From assembly GCA_965220995.1 (NCBI GenBank), contig OZ244856.1, positions 514,928 through 578,927 on the forward strand: a stretch of DNA of 64,000 bases, in the 5' to 3' direction. This stretch comes from Acidimicrobiia bacterium. Its GTDB lineage: Bacteria; Actinomycetota; Acidimicrobiia; Spongiisociales; ZC4RG35. Below are positions 56,421 to 64,000 of the stretch, one piece after another. The notes beneath the pieces are model-generated. The model saw only the letters and a program-made list of their open reading frames with translations, searched no databases and had not been told where the DNA came from. A program made the position numbers and the translations under genes. How positions within the stretch are numbered: the first letter of the stretch is position 1; each line of letters opens with the position of its first letter.

Positions 56421-57119
56421 ATGTGTGGCAGGTTCGGCCAAACCGGGGACCCTGACTATTACGGGTCCCTTCTCCAAGCCGACGCCATGGTCGAAGAACC
56501 TCTCTCCCCCAGTTGGAACGTTGCCCCGACCGACCGGATATATGCCGTCCGCCATCGCAAGGGGAATACCCGCCTGGAGATCCTCCGCTGGGGCCTGATA
56601 CCTCACTGGGCTCCCGACCTGCGGACCTTCCACATCAACGCCCGCTCCGAAACCCTGGTGGAAAAGGCCCTGTTCCGCGATGGACTGGCCCGCCGTCGCT
56701 GCCTGATTCCCGCCGACGGGTTCTACGAATGGACCGCCCGATCGCAGGGTCACGTTCCCTATTGGTTTCATCGCCAGGACAGTCACCCCCTGGCTCTGGC
56801 GGGCATCTGGTCGGTCAGGCGCCATCCCAAGCGTCCGGAAGAATGGCTGGTTTCCTGCGCCATAATCACCGGCCAGGCCCTCGGCCCGGTGGCGGCGGTG
56901 CATAACCGGATGCCGGTCGCCCTTCCTGGGGACCGGTGGGGGCCGTGGATTGATCCCCACCTGGATGATCCCTTCGCCGCCCACGACCTACTGATGGATC
57001 CTGACCTGCACAATTGGACATCCCACCCGGTTTCCCGGCGGGTTAACCGGGTAGCCAACAACGATCCCACCCTTGTGGAACCGGTCACCTATCCCTCCGC
57101 TCCCATCTTGGACATGTAG
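56421..57119 (+). CDS. SOS-response associated peptidase (SRAP/YedK, abasic-site processing protein)
   Basis: Begins MCGRF (catalytic Cys2). WNVAPT, ETLVEKALFRD...RRCLIPADGFYEW motifs. The ORF-track N-terminal extension is spurious. Confidence 0.8.
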   Translation: MCGRFGQTGDPDYYGSLLQADAMVEEPLSPSWNVAPTDRIYAVRHRKGNTRLEILRWGLIPHWAPDLRTFHINARSETLVEKALFRDGLARRRCLIPADGFYEWTARSQGHVPYWFHRQDSHPLALAGIWSVRRHPKRPEEWLVSCAIITGQALGPVAAVHNRMPVALPGDRWGPWIDPHLDDPFAAHDLLMDPDLHNWTSHPVSRRVNRVANNDPTLVEPVTYPSAPILDM

Positions 57120-57158
57120 AAGTAGGGGAAATGCAGAAGTAGGGTTCCTCGCTCCCGC

Positions 57159-57716
57159 TCAGGGTTGGCGGCCCACCAGCGCCAGATAGCGATCGACGAT
57201 CGAAGCGTCGGCGGAGACCTCCATCGGCGGACCGATCCTACCGCTCTTGCGGAACATCTCCGCCCGGGCGCCGATCAGATCGTAGCTGACCTGGCAAAGG
57301 TCCGGTGGAAGGCTGACGTCGACCCCGGTGGCCTTCCCGATATCCCAGGCATGGGTAAGGGGATCCCATTGAACGTAGGACACAAAAGACGCCATATCCA
57401 TCCTCCCGAACCAGTATTTGTCCTCACGCTCCAACACCCCCGGCTGTTGAAGAGCAGCCAAAACCGAACTTCGGGTCTGTTCCCAACGGGCCAGGGGATT
57501 CTCCGGCGCCTCCGGCATCACCGGACGGCGCCACTTCCCCGTGCGGGCTATCTCGGCCAGGGCGTCCAGCACCCCACACTGGTGCGCCAGCACGTCACGG
57601 GCCGTCCATCCGGCGCAGGGAGAGTGATTGTCCCAGGCATCTGGTGGCACCTGTCGGCACACTGCGTCGAAAGTCTCCACCGCCCGGATGAAGTTTTGAA
57701 GCTTTCGGTTCATGGA
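57159..57716 (-). CDS. Maleylpyruvate-isomerase N-terminal domain (MDMPI/DinB_2) family protein
   Basis: WDNHSPCAGWTARDVLAHQ block typical of mycothiol-dependent MDMPI_N proteins. Start trimmed to MNRKLQ. Confidence 0.65.
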   Translation of the reverse strand, partial: SMNRKLQNFIRAVETFDAVCRQVPPDAWDNHSPCAGWTARDVLAHQCGVLDALAEIARTGKWRRPVMPEAPENPLARWEQTRSSVLAALQQPGVLEREDKYWFGRMDMASFVSYVQWDPLTHAWDIGKATGVDVSLPPDLCQVSYDLIGARAEMFRKSGRIGPPMEVSADASIVDRYLALVGRQP

Positions 57717-57986
57717 TGCAAGCTCATGGTAACCCCGGCCCGGCGGACCTGACCAGGCCTCCCTTCCCAAGGGGGCAAGGGTCTATCCTCAAAAAAGGCA
57801 ACCCGGCACACAGGCCGGCGCCGTTGATTGCGAGGGATGCCATGCCCACCGTTCGGACAGAAAGCCCACGCCGCGTCCCCACCCCCCGAGGAGCGCCACC
57901 TGCCTGATCGAGGCCCGGTCGGCGGTTCCCATGCCGATCTCCCCAACCACCGCCCAACCACTCGTCCCCTGATATCGGGGACCCAC

Positions 57987-59702
57987 GGGGTGATGGCCGC
58001 CGGACATCCCCTGACGTCGGTGGCCGGGATGCAAATGCTCCTTTCGGGAGGAAACGCCTTCGATGCGGTGGTGGCCGGACTGTTCGCGGCGGCGGTGGTG
58101 GAACCGACTGCGGCCTTCTCTCTGGCGGCGGAGAGCGTGTTCATGATCTACGACTCCCGCACCGGAGACCTCCGTTCTGTGAGCGGACAGGGCGTGGCCC
58201 CCGCCAGAGCCACCGTAGACTTCTACCGGTCGGCCGGTCTCGATTCGATTCCCACCGGTCCGGGCCGAATGGCGCCTTTGTCGTTCACCGTTCCCGGCGC
58301 GGCCCACGCCGCCATCGCCCTGCTCGACCGATACGGCGCCAAGAGTCTGAGCGAGGTGCTTGAACCGGCCATCAGGTACGCGGCGCAAGGCATCCCCCAC
58401 TACCGCCCCATGCTTGATTTCCTGCGCCAAGAGGCCACCCTCGCCCAGTTCAAACTCTTTCCCCACGGCGGGTCGGAGGTCTTTTATTCCGGAGACCGGA
58501 TACCAGAGCCCGGGTCCCTGCTGGTGCAACCCGGCCTGGCCGGAACCCTCCGAGCCATGGCTTCGGCCGAGCAGGCCTGTTCGGGAGGGCGGTCGGAAGC
58601 CCTGGGAGCGGCAAGCGACGAGTTCTACCTCGGACGGATCGCCCGATTGATCGCCGATTCCTCGGCAGGTGTGGGGGGAGTATTGGACTATGAAGACCTG
58701 ACCACCTATCGATCCCGCTTCGAGACCCCGCTGTCATGCCGTTATGGGGGATACGAAATTTTTGGCCAAGGGACCTGGTCGCAGGCGGCGGTCCTGTTTC
58801 AGGCTCTGAACATCCTCCGGCATTTCGATCTCGGGGCCATGGGACACAACACCCCCGCCTACATCCATACGGTCACCGAGGCCCTGAAGCTCTCCCTGGC
58901 CGACCGTCAGGCTTACTACGGCGACCCCGGCCATGCCGAGGCGCCGGTGGAGGAACTCCTGTCAAGGGAATACGGAACCGCTCGGGCCAGTTTGATCGAC
59001 CCGGCCCGCGCCTTTCCCCAAATGCCTCCGCCGGGTGACCCCTGGACCCTCTCGCCGTCGGCGGGGCGATACATCGATCCGGTGGTCTGCGCCTCGCCCC
59101 CCAATGTCTCACCCTTGCCTGACACCGGCACCACTCATGTGGCCGCCATCGATCAGCATGGCAACCTGGCGGCCGCCACTCCCAGCGGCGGGTCCTTTGA
59201 GAAGTCGGTGTATTTCGGGGAACTCGGATGCGCTCTCAGCACCCGCATCGAGGTTTTCAATCTTTCCCCGGGCCACCCCAATGTCATCAAACCCGGCAAG
59301 AGCCCCCGGACCACTTTGGTCAACTACATAGTGGCCGAAGGGGGCGTCCCCCTGATGACCTTCGGCTGCCCCGGGGGAGATCATCAGACCCAGGCCAATC
59401 TTCAACTCATGCTGAACACCTTCATCTTCGGGATGAACCCGCAGGAAGCGGTGGAAGCGCCCCGGTTCGCCACCGACAGCACTCCGGACTCGTTCTATCC
59501 GCATCGGTACTTCCCGGGCCGACTATCCCTGGAAGCGGCCTTCCCGGATGGCACCGCGGAGGCCCTGGCCGGTCTCGGTCACCGGGTGGTCAGATCCGAA
59601 GCCTGCGGCATGGGGGCCATCATCACCCGCTCCGATCCTGTGTCCGGGGTGGTGTGCGCCGGCGCCGATCCGAGACGGCCCACCTACGCGCTGGGATGGT
59701 AA
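57987..59702 (+). CDS. Gamma-glutamyltransferase family protein (no signal peptide)
   Basis: GGT large- and small-subunit blocks. Autoprocessing Thr in DTGTTHVAAIDQHGN. Start trimmed to MAAGHPL; the ORF-track start at 57828 adds a non-signal extension. Confidence 0.8.
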   Translation, partial: GVMAAGHPLTSVAGMQMLLSGGNAFDAVVAGLFAAAVVEPTAAFSLAAESVFMIYDSRTGDLRSVSGQGVAPARATVDFYRSAGLDSIPTGPGRMAPLSFTVPGAAHAAIALLDRYGAKSLSEVLEPAIRYAAQGIPHYRPMLDFLRQEATLAQFKLFPHGGSEVFYSGDRIPEPGSLLVQPGLAGTLRAMASAEQACSGGRSEALGAASDEFYLGRIARLIADSSAGVGGVLDYEDLTTYRSRFETPLSCRYGGYEIFGQGTWSQAAVLFQALNILRHFDLGAMGHNTPAYIHTVTEALKLSLADRQAYYGDPGHAEAPVEELLSREYGTARASLIDPARAFPQMPPPGDPWTLSPSAGRYIDPVVCASPPNVSPLPDTGTTHVAAIDQHGNLAAATPSGGSFEKSVYFGELGCALSTRIEVFNLSPGHPNVIKPGKSPRTTLVNYIVAEGGVPLMTFGCPGGDHQTQANLQLMLNTFIFGMNPQEAVEAPRFATDSTPDSFYPHRYFPGRLSLEAAFPDGTAEALAGLGHRVVRSEACGMGAIITRSDPVSGVVCAGADPRRPTYALGW

Positions 59703-59985
59703 GAGCCTGCGCGGTTGGGTTTTGGGGGGGTCGCGAAAAACAGGATGGCCGATGGCTTGACTTTGTCTCCGGGGTGACACATAGTGATAGGAGTCAAGCA
59801 CCTCCCGGTCTGTTCAGACGTCGACCAGACCGGCCGCAGGGATCACAATTTTCGGGAAAGCGAAATCCTCGTTCTGCGTGGTGGATTCGCGTCCCGACCC
59901 CAGGAAAGGTGGTGGCGGGGGAGGGTCCCGCGGGGACAGGAATTTCGGGGCTGTTTTCGCGAAATAGCGTCAGATTTCACAAGTT
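59702..59985. repeat. Interspersed repeat, copy B (~284 bp), beginning at the GGT stop codon; same TIRs, promoter-like hairpin and core as copy A
   Basis: Aligns with 28612-28892 over its whole length. TIR-L gtcgcgaaaaacagg, TIR-R ctgttttcgcgaaat. TTGACT-17-CATAGT inside an 8-bp stem. Confidence 0.8.
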
Positions 59986-60077
59986 TCGCCGCCCGAACCC
60001 CTCCCTCTATACCAATCCGTAAAGCCGGTGGGCGGGGGACCGGTTGCTCCTCGGTGAATTTCTGAGGAGCGCCTGAC

Positions 60078-60320
60078 TTAACCCCCCAGTTTGGCGTGTA
60101 TCAGCGCGGCGGCTTCCCCCACGGTGGTGATCTCCTCGGCCTCCTCGTCGGGAATCTCCACGCCGAACTCGTCCTCCAGCGCCATCAGCAACTCCACCAC
60201 GCCGAGCGAATCGACATCCAGGTCTTCCTCGAAATTGGCTTCGGGGTGCAGCTTTTCTTCTTCGAGGTCCAATTCCTCCACCAGAATTCTCATAAGCCTG
60301 CTATCGATGTCCGCGCTCAT
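60078..60320 (-). CDS. acpP: Acyl carrier protein (FAS-II)
   Basis: 80 aa. LDVDSLGVVELLMALEDEFG phosphopantetheine-attachment motif. Downstream of fabG. Confidence 0.85.
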   Translation of the reverse strand: MSADIDSRLMRILVEELDLEEEKLHPEANFEEDLDVDSLGVVELLMALEDEFGVEIPDEEAEEITTVGEAAALIHAKLGG

Positions 60321-60446
60321 GGTTGTCCCTTCTTTCGCTTCAGATGGAGAACAGTTCCGGTCAGCCTATTGGACAGGTTGCACCGTGTTCAGGTTACCTA
60401 CCCTGTGGCCTCCGGGGTAAACCATCAAGAGTATCGCGCCGGCACC

Positions 60447-61181
60447 TCAGAGCGCCAAACCTCCGTCCACCTGCCACACCTGCCCGGTCACGTAGGAGGC
60501 CGCGTCGGATGCCAGAAAACTCACCACCTTGGCCACTTCGGATGGTTCGCCCACCCTTTGCAGAGCCGTCCCCGAGGCCATGGCCCCGGCGGTGGATTCC
60601 CCCAGTGGAGCGGTCATATCCGTGACGATGAAACCGGGCGCCACCACGTTGGCGGTGATCCCTCGGGAACCCACTTCCCGGGCCACCGATTTGGCGAATC
60701 CGATCAAACCGGCCTTGGAGGCGGCGTAGTTGGCCTGCCCGGCGTTGCCGGTCACCCCCGCCACCGAACTGATGCAGACAATCCTTCCCCACCGGGCTCG
60801 CAACATACTGCGCAATGCCGCAGAAGTGCACAGGTAGGCCGAACGCAGATTAACTGCGATCACTTCGTCGAACTGTTGGGGACGCATGCGGGCCAACAGT
60901 GCATCCCGGGTGATTCCGGCGTTGTTGACCAGCACCGTAACCGGACCCAGGGACGCCTTCACCTGTGCAAACATGCCCTTCACTGCTTCGGAGTCCGAGA
61001 CGTCGGCGCCGACCGGGACGGCCTGCCCGCCGCCGTCACGGATCATCTCGGCCACTTCCGCCGCGGCATCCGAGCGATGGGCGTAGTTGACCGCCACCTG
61101 ATACCCGAGATCCGCCAACTCCAGGCACACGGCCCTCCCGATTCCCCTCGACCCTCCCGTGACCAGAGCCACCCGGCTCAC
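60447..61181 (-). CDS. fabG: 3-oxoacyl-ACP reductase
   Basis: SDR: TGGSRGIGRA, NNAG, SSVAG...YAASKAG catalytic triad context. Confidence 0.85.
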   Translation of the reverse strand: MSRVALVTGGSRGIGRAVCLELADLGYQVAVNYAHRSDAAAEVAEMIRDGGGQAVPVGADVSDSEAVKGMFAQVKASLGPVTVLVNNAGITRDALLARMRPQQFDEVIAVNLRSAYLCTSAALRSMLRARWGRIVCISSVAGVTGNAGQANYAASKAGLIGFAKSVAREVGSRGITANVVAPGFIVTDMTAPLGESTAGAMASGTALQRVGEPSEVAKVVSFLASDAASYVTGQVWQVDGGLAL

Positions 61182-62275
61182 TTCAGTTTCTCCGGCACTC
61201 CGTAAGCCGCAAAATTGCCCTCCAGCAGATCCATCAGAGACCGGTCGGTGGGAGCCAGAGCAGCGTTGCTGTGCTCCAGCGGATGGGTGCGATCACCCCA
61301 TCGCACCAACGCGGCCGCAGCGGTCAACCCGCCCCCGAACGCCGCGAACACGATATAGTCGCCCGGTGAAATGCAGCCCTGCTCCAAAGCCTCGGTGAGC
61401 GCCACCGGAATGGTGGCCGCCGAAGTGTTTCCATAGGCGTGGATGTTGGTGTAGACCTTGTCGGACGGCAACTTCAGCCGCTTGGCGGTGGCGTCGATTA
61501 TGCGAATATTGGCCTGGTGGGGGATGAGCAGATCCACGTCACCCAGCGCCAGACCGGCTTCCTCCACCACCTTCACGGAGAGATCCCCCATGGCGGTAAC
61601 CGCCCGGCGGAACACCTCCCGGCCGTTCATGCTGATTCCCCCATCCGGTTCTTCCAGGTGACGGGCGGGCATCCGTTCCTGGCCATCCTCGGACACTTCC
61701 AGGTAGGAAAGCGCCTCCGAGTCCATCTGCATACGTCCCGAAATCAGCCCGTAATCCTCATCGGTGGCTTCCACCACCACCGACCCCGCCGCGTCGCCGA
61801 ACAACACCGCGGTGGATCGATCGGTGAAATCGATCAGAGCGCTGAGCCGTTCCGAAGCCGCCACCAAAACCCTGGAATGGATCCCCGACTCGATCATCTT
61901 GGAGGCGGTGATCAGCGAATAAACAAACCCCGAGCAATTGGCGTTGAGATCAAAAGCCGCGGTGGCCACCGGCGCCTCCAACAGACGGTGCACGTGGGCG
62001 GCCGTGGCCGGCACCACCGAATCCGAGGTGCAGGACGCCAGAATGATCAGATCGATCTCCTCAATGGAGCGCCCGGCCGCCGCCAAGGCGTGCCGGCCGG
62101 CCACCGCCGCCATGTCCGAGGCTTCGACATGACTGATCCGTCGCTCCTTGATTCCCGACCGAACGGTTATCCACTCATCGGAGGTGTCCATCATTCGTTC
62201 GAGGTCGGCATTGCTCAACACGGTGGGGGGGACGCAGCGCCCCCATCCGGTTATCGCAGCTCGCGGCATTTTCAC
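61178..62275 (-). CDS. fabH: 3-oxoacyl-ACP synthase III (KAS III)
   Basis: GWGRCVP, active-site Cys in ASCTSDS, and HQANIRI...GNTSAATIP blocks. Confidence 0.85.
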   Translation of the reverse strand: MKMPRAAITGWGRCVPPTVLSNADLERMMDTSDEWITVRSGIKERRISHVEASDMAAVAGRHALAAAGRSIEEIDLIILASCTSDSVVPATAAHVHRLLEAPVATAAFDLNANCSGFVYSLITASKMIESGIHSRVLVAASERLSALIDFTDRSTAVLFGDAAGSVVVEATDEDYGLISGRMQMDSEALSYLEVSEDGQERMPARHLEEPDGGISMNGREVFRRAVTAMGDLSVKVVEEAGLALGDVDLLIPHQANIRIIDATAKRLKLPSDKVYTNIHAYGNTSAATIPVALTEALEQGCISPGDYIVFAAFGGGLTAAAALVRWGDRTHPLEHSNAALAPTDRSLMDLLEGNFAAYGVPEKLK

Positions 62276-63228
62276 CCTTCTCGCGAAAACCCCATGCTAG
62301 ACAGGGACTCCGCCGCCCGAGCCGCCCCGGCCAGGTCATTTACCACCAGCACCTTCGCCGATCGCACCGTCCGCCTGGCCAACCCGGCGGTCACCTTGCC
62401 GGGTCCGACATGGACGAAGACCTTCACCCCTCCCTCGGCCATGGCCGCAAGACTCTGGTGAAACCGCACCGGGGAACACACCTGGTCCACCAACGTGGCG
62501 ACGACCCGGTCCTCTTCCACCGGCTGTGCGCTGACATTGGCGTACACCGGAAATCGGGGCGCCCGGGGTCGCAGACCCCGAAGGGCCATCGCCACCTGTC
62601 GGGCGGCGGGGGCCATGAACGGAGAGTGAAAAGCGCCGGCCACGGCCAGACGGACCATCCGGCGCAGTCCCAGGCGCCGACCGTGGGCGCCCAGCCAATC
62701 AAGATCGGACACACCCCCCGCCATCACCACTTGGCCGGGAGCGTTGAGATTGGCCACTACCAATTGTCCTCCCTCCTCCCGGCGCATCCGGGCGATTTCT
62801 TCGGCGCGCTGGGGGTCAACGCCCATCAGGGCCATCATTCCCGACGGCTCTGCGTCGGCGGCCTGGGCCATGGCTCGCCCCCGGGCCGCCACCACGGACA
62901 GAGCTTCTTCAAAGCCCAGCACCCCGGCGGCGGTCAGGGCGGTGTACTCACCCAACGAATGGCCGGCCGCGGCCGCCGGCGGCGCCGACAACTGGGCGGC
63001 CAGTTCCAGCCAGAGAACGTAGGAGAGACAGAACAGGGCGGGCTGGGCGTGCTCGGTTCGCACCAGTGCCTCTTTCGGTCCCTCCAAGCAGAGCCGCCGA
63101 AGCGACCATCCCAACAGTTGGTCCGCCCGCTCACCCAACAGATCGGGCCGGGCGTCGAACAATTCGGCGCCCATGCCCACGAACTGGCTGCCCTGGCCGG
63201 GGAACAAGACTGCGTATTTCAGCGCCAT
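62272..63228 (-). CDS. fabD: Malonyl CoA-ACP transacylase
   Basis: FPGQGSQ and GHSLGEYTAL active-site Ser. Confidence 0.85.
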   Translation of the reverse strand: MALKYAVLFPGQGSQFVGMGAELFDARPDLLGERADQLLGWSLRRLCLEGPKEALVRTEHAQPALFCLSYVLWLELAAQLSAPPAAAAGHSLGEYTALTAAGVLGFEEALSVVAARGRAMAQAADAEPSGMMALMGVDPQRAEEIARMRREEGGQLVVANLNAPGQVVMAGGVSDLDWLGAHGRRLGLRRMVRLAVAGAFHSPFMAPAARQVAMALRGLRPRAPRFPVYANVSAQPVEEDRVVATLVDQVCSPVRFHQSLAAMAEGGVKVFVHVGPGKVTAGLARRTVRSAKVLVVNDLAGAARAAESLSSMGFSREG

Positions 63229-63267
63229 CGGAGGTTCGACCCGGCCACTTTCAATCCGGTTACCGGC

Positions 63268-64000
63268 TCAATTGGGAGAAAACGCCGCCAGCAATCGATC
63301 GGCGTCGGCGTCGTTGACATCCCGGTGGGTGACCAGTCTCAGAGACCCGGCGTAGGGATGGTTGACCCGGATTCCCGCTTCCCGGAGGCGAACCCGGATG
63401 CGATCCCAACCTCCCGACAGCCGGCCCACTTTCACGATCACCATGTTGGTCTCGGTCGCTTCCGGATCCACCGCCCCGGGATGCCGGTCCGCCAAGCCCC
63501 CGGCCATCCGGGCAGCCAGACGGTGGTCCGAAGCCAGCCGCTCCCAGTCCGAAAGCGCCACCCGGGCAGGGGCGGCGAGCACACCTGCCTGCCGCATCCC
63601 TCCCCCCAGCCTCTTTCGCAGATAGCGTGCCTCTCCGATCAGATCCGCCGGGCCGCACAGAATGGACCCCACCGGGGCGCCCAAGCCCTTGGAAAAGCAG
63701 AACTGTACGGTGTTCACCTCCTCGGCGAAACGGGCAGGGGGCAAACCGGCCGCCACCGCCGCGTTGAATATCCGGGCCCCGTCCAAATGAATGGACAGAC
63801 CGTGACGGCGCGCCGCCCGGTTGGCGGAGGTCATCACCTCGACGGGAACCACTCGACCTCCGGAGAGATTGTGACTGTTCTCCCACACCATGAGCCCGAT
63901 CCTGGGGAACATCCGGCCAGCCAGTTCCATCGCCTGGTCGATGTCGGAAGCATTGATCCGACCCGCCGGAGCGTCCACCGGGCGGAAGGCCACCCCCGAC
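63268..64000 (-). CDS. Low-specificity L-threonine aldolase-like PLP enzyme, 3' portion; gene continues past the window end
   Basis: ENSHNLSGGRVVPVE...HLDGARIFNAAVA...FCFSKGLGAPVGS blocks of the threonine aldolase (beta-eliminating lyase) family. Confidence 0.7.
   Translation of the reverse strand, partial: SGVAFRPVDAPAGRINASDIDQAMELAGRMFPRIGLMVWENSHNLSGGRVVPVEVMTSANRAARRHGLSIHLDGARIFNAAVAAGLPPARFAEEVNTVQFCFSKGLGAPVGSILCGPADLIGEARYLRKRLGGGMRQAGVLAAPARVALSDWERLASDHRLAARMAGGLADRHPGAVDPEATETNMVIVKVGRLSGGWDRIRVRLREAGIRVNHPYAGSLRLVTHRDVNDADADRLLAAFSPN

Noticed and set aside
1-64000. CRISPR array
   Set aside because: No regularly spaced direct repeats of 25-40 bp anywhere. The only interspersed repeats are the three copies of the ~280-bp and ~70-bp TIR element, which are not arrayed.

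Overview
High-GC (roughly 65-70%) actinobacterial chromosome segment. The assignment rests on WhiB, an MDMPI/DinB_2 protein, two LLM/F420-type oxidoreductases, an MMPL transporter, an AhpE-like peroxiredoxin and a REP13E12-type DUF222-HNH gene. It is densely coding, with about 65 genes and long co-directional minus-strand operons. Most genes are core metabolism and transport:
- a partial iron-siderophore ABC importer
- a GNAT acetyltransferase and UDP-GlcNAc 2-epimerase
- transketolase
- the lpdA-E2-lipB::lipA lipoylation cluster
- an acyl-CoA dehydrogenase
- the livHM-SBP-livFG branched-chain amino-acid importer
- fadD, moaE, tatA, whiB and sdhCAB
- a stand-alone ACP with an Sfp-type PPTase
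- a dapA-like gene
- an ABC-2 exporter, GDPD and amidohydrolase operon
- a crotonase, an SRAP peptidase and a gamma-glutamyltransferase
- the fabD-fabH-fabG-acpP cluster
- a partial threonine aldolase
No rRNA, tRNA or CRISPR array was recognised.
The most interesting signals are:
- a previously unannotated family of interspersed repeats. Two ~280-bp copies at 28.6 kb and 59.7 kb share ~85-90% identity, and a ~70-bp mini-copy at 50.4 kb keeps the same GTCGCGAAAAC-type terminal inverted repeats and GGTGGCGGGGGAGGG core. All sit in intergenic gaps, and the long copies carry a sigma70-like promoter and conserved hairpins
- a single ORF joining a GPP34/GOLPH3-like domain to an atypical cytochrome P450, flanked by an uncharacterised 308-aa protein and a divergent MMPL exporter
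- a lower-GC accessory patch at 5.4-7.1 kb with a small membrane protein, an antisense micro-ORF and a decayed DUF4143-ATPase-like remnant
- an in-frame LipB-LipA fusion, a ClpX-zinc-finger-amidohydrolase fusion, and a BioY gene translationally coupled to an orphan AbrB/MazE-type antitoxin-like gene
- a low-GC HNH (REP13E12-like) island with a leaderless promoter
All calls are from reading the sequence and the six-frame ORF track. No database searches were run.
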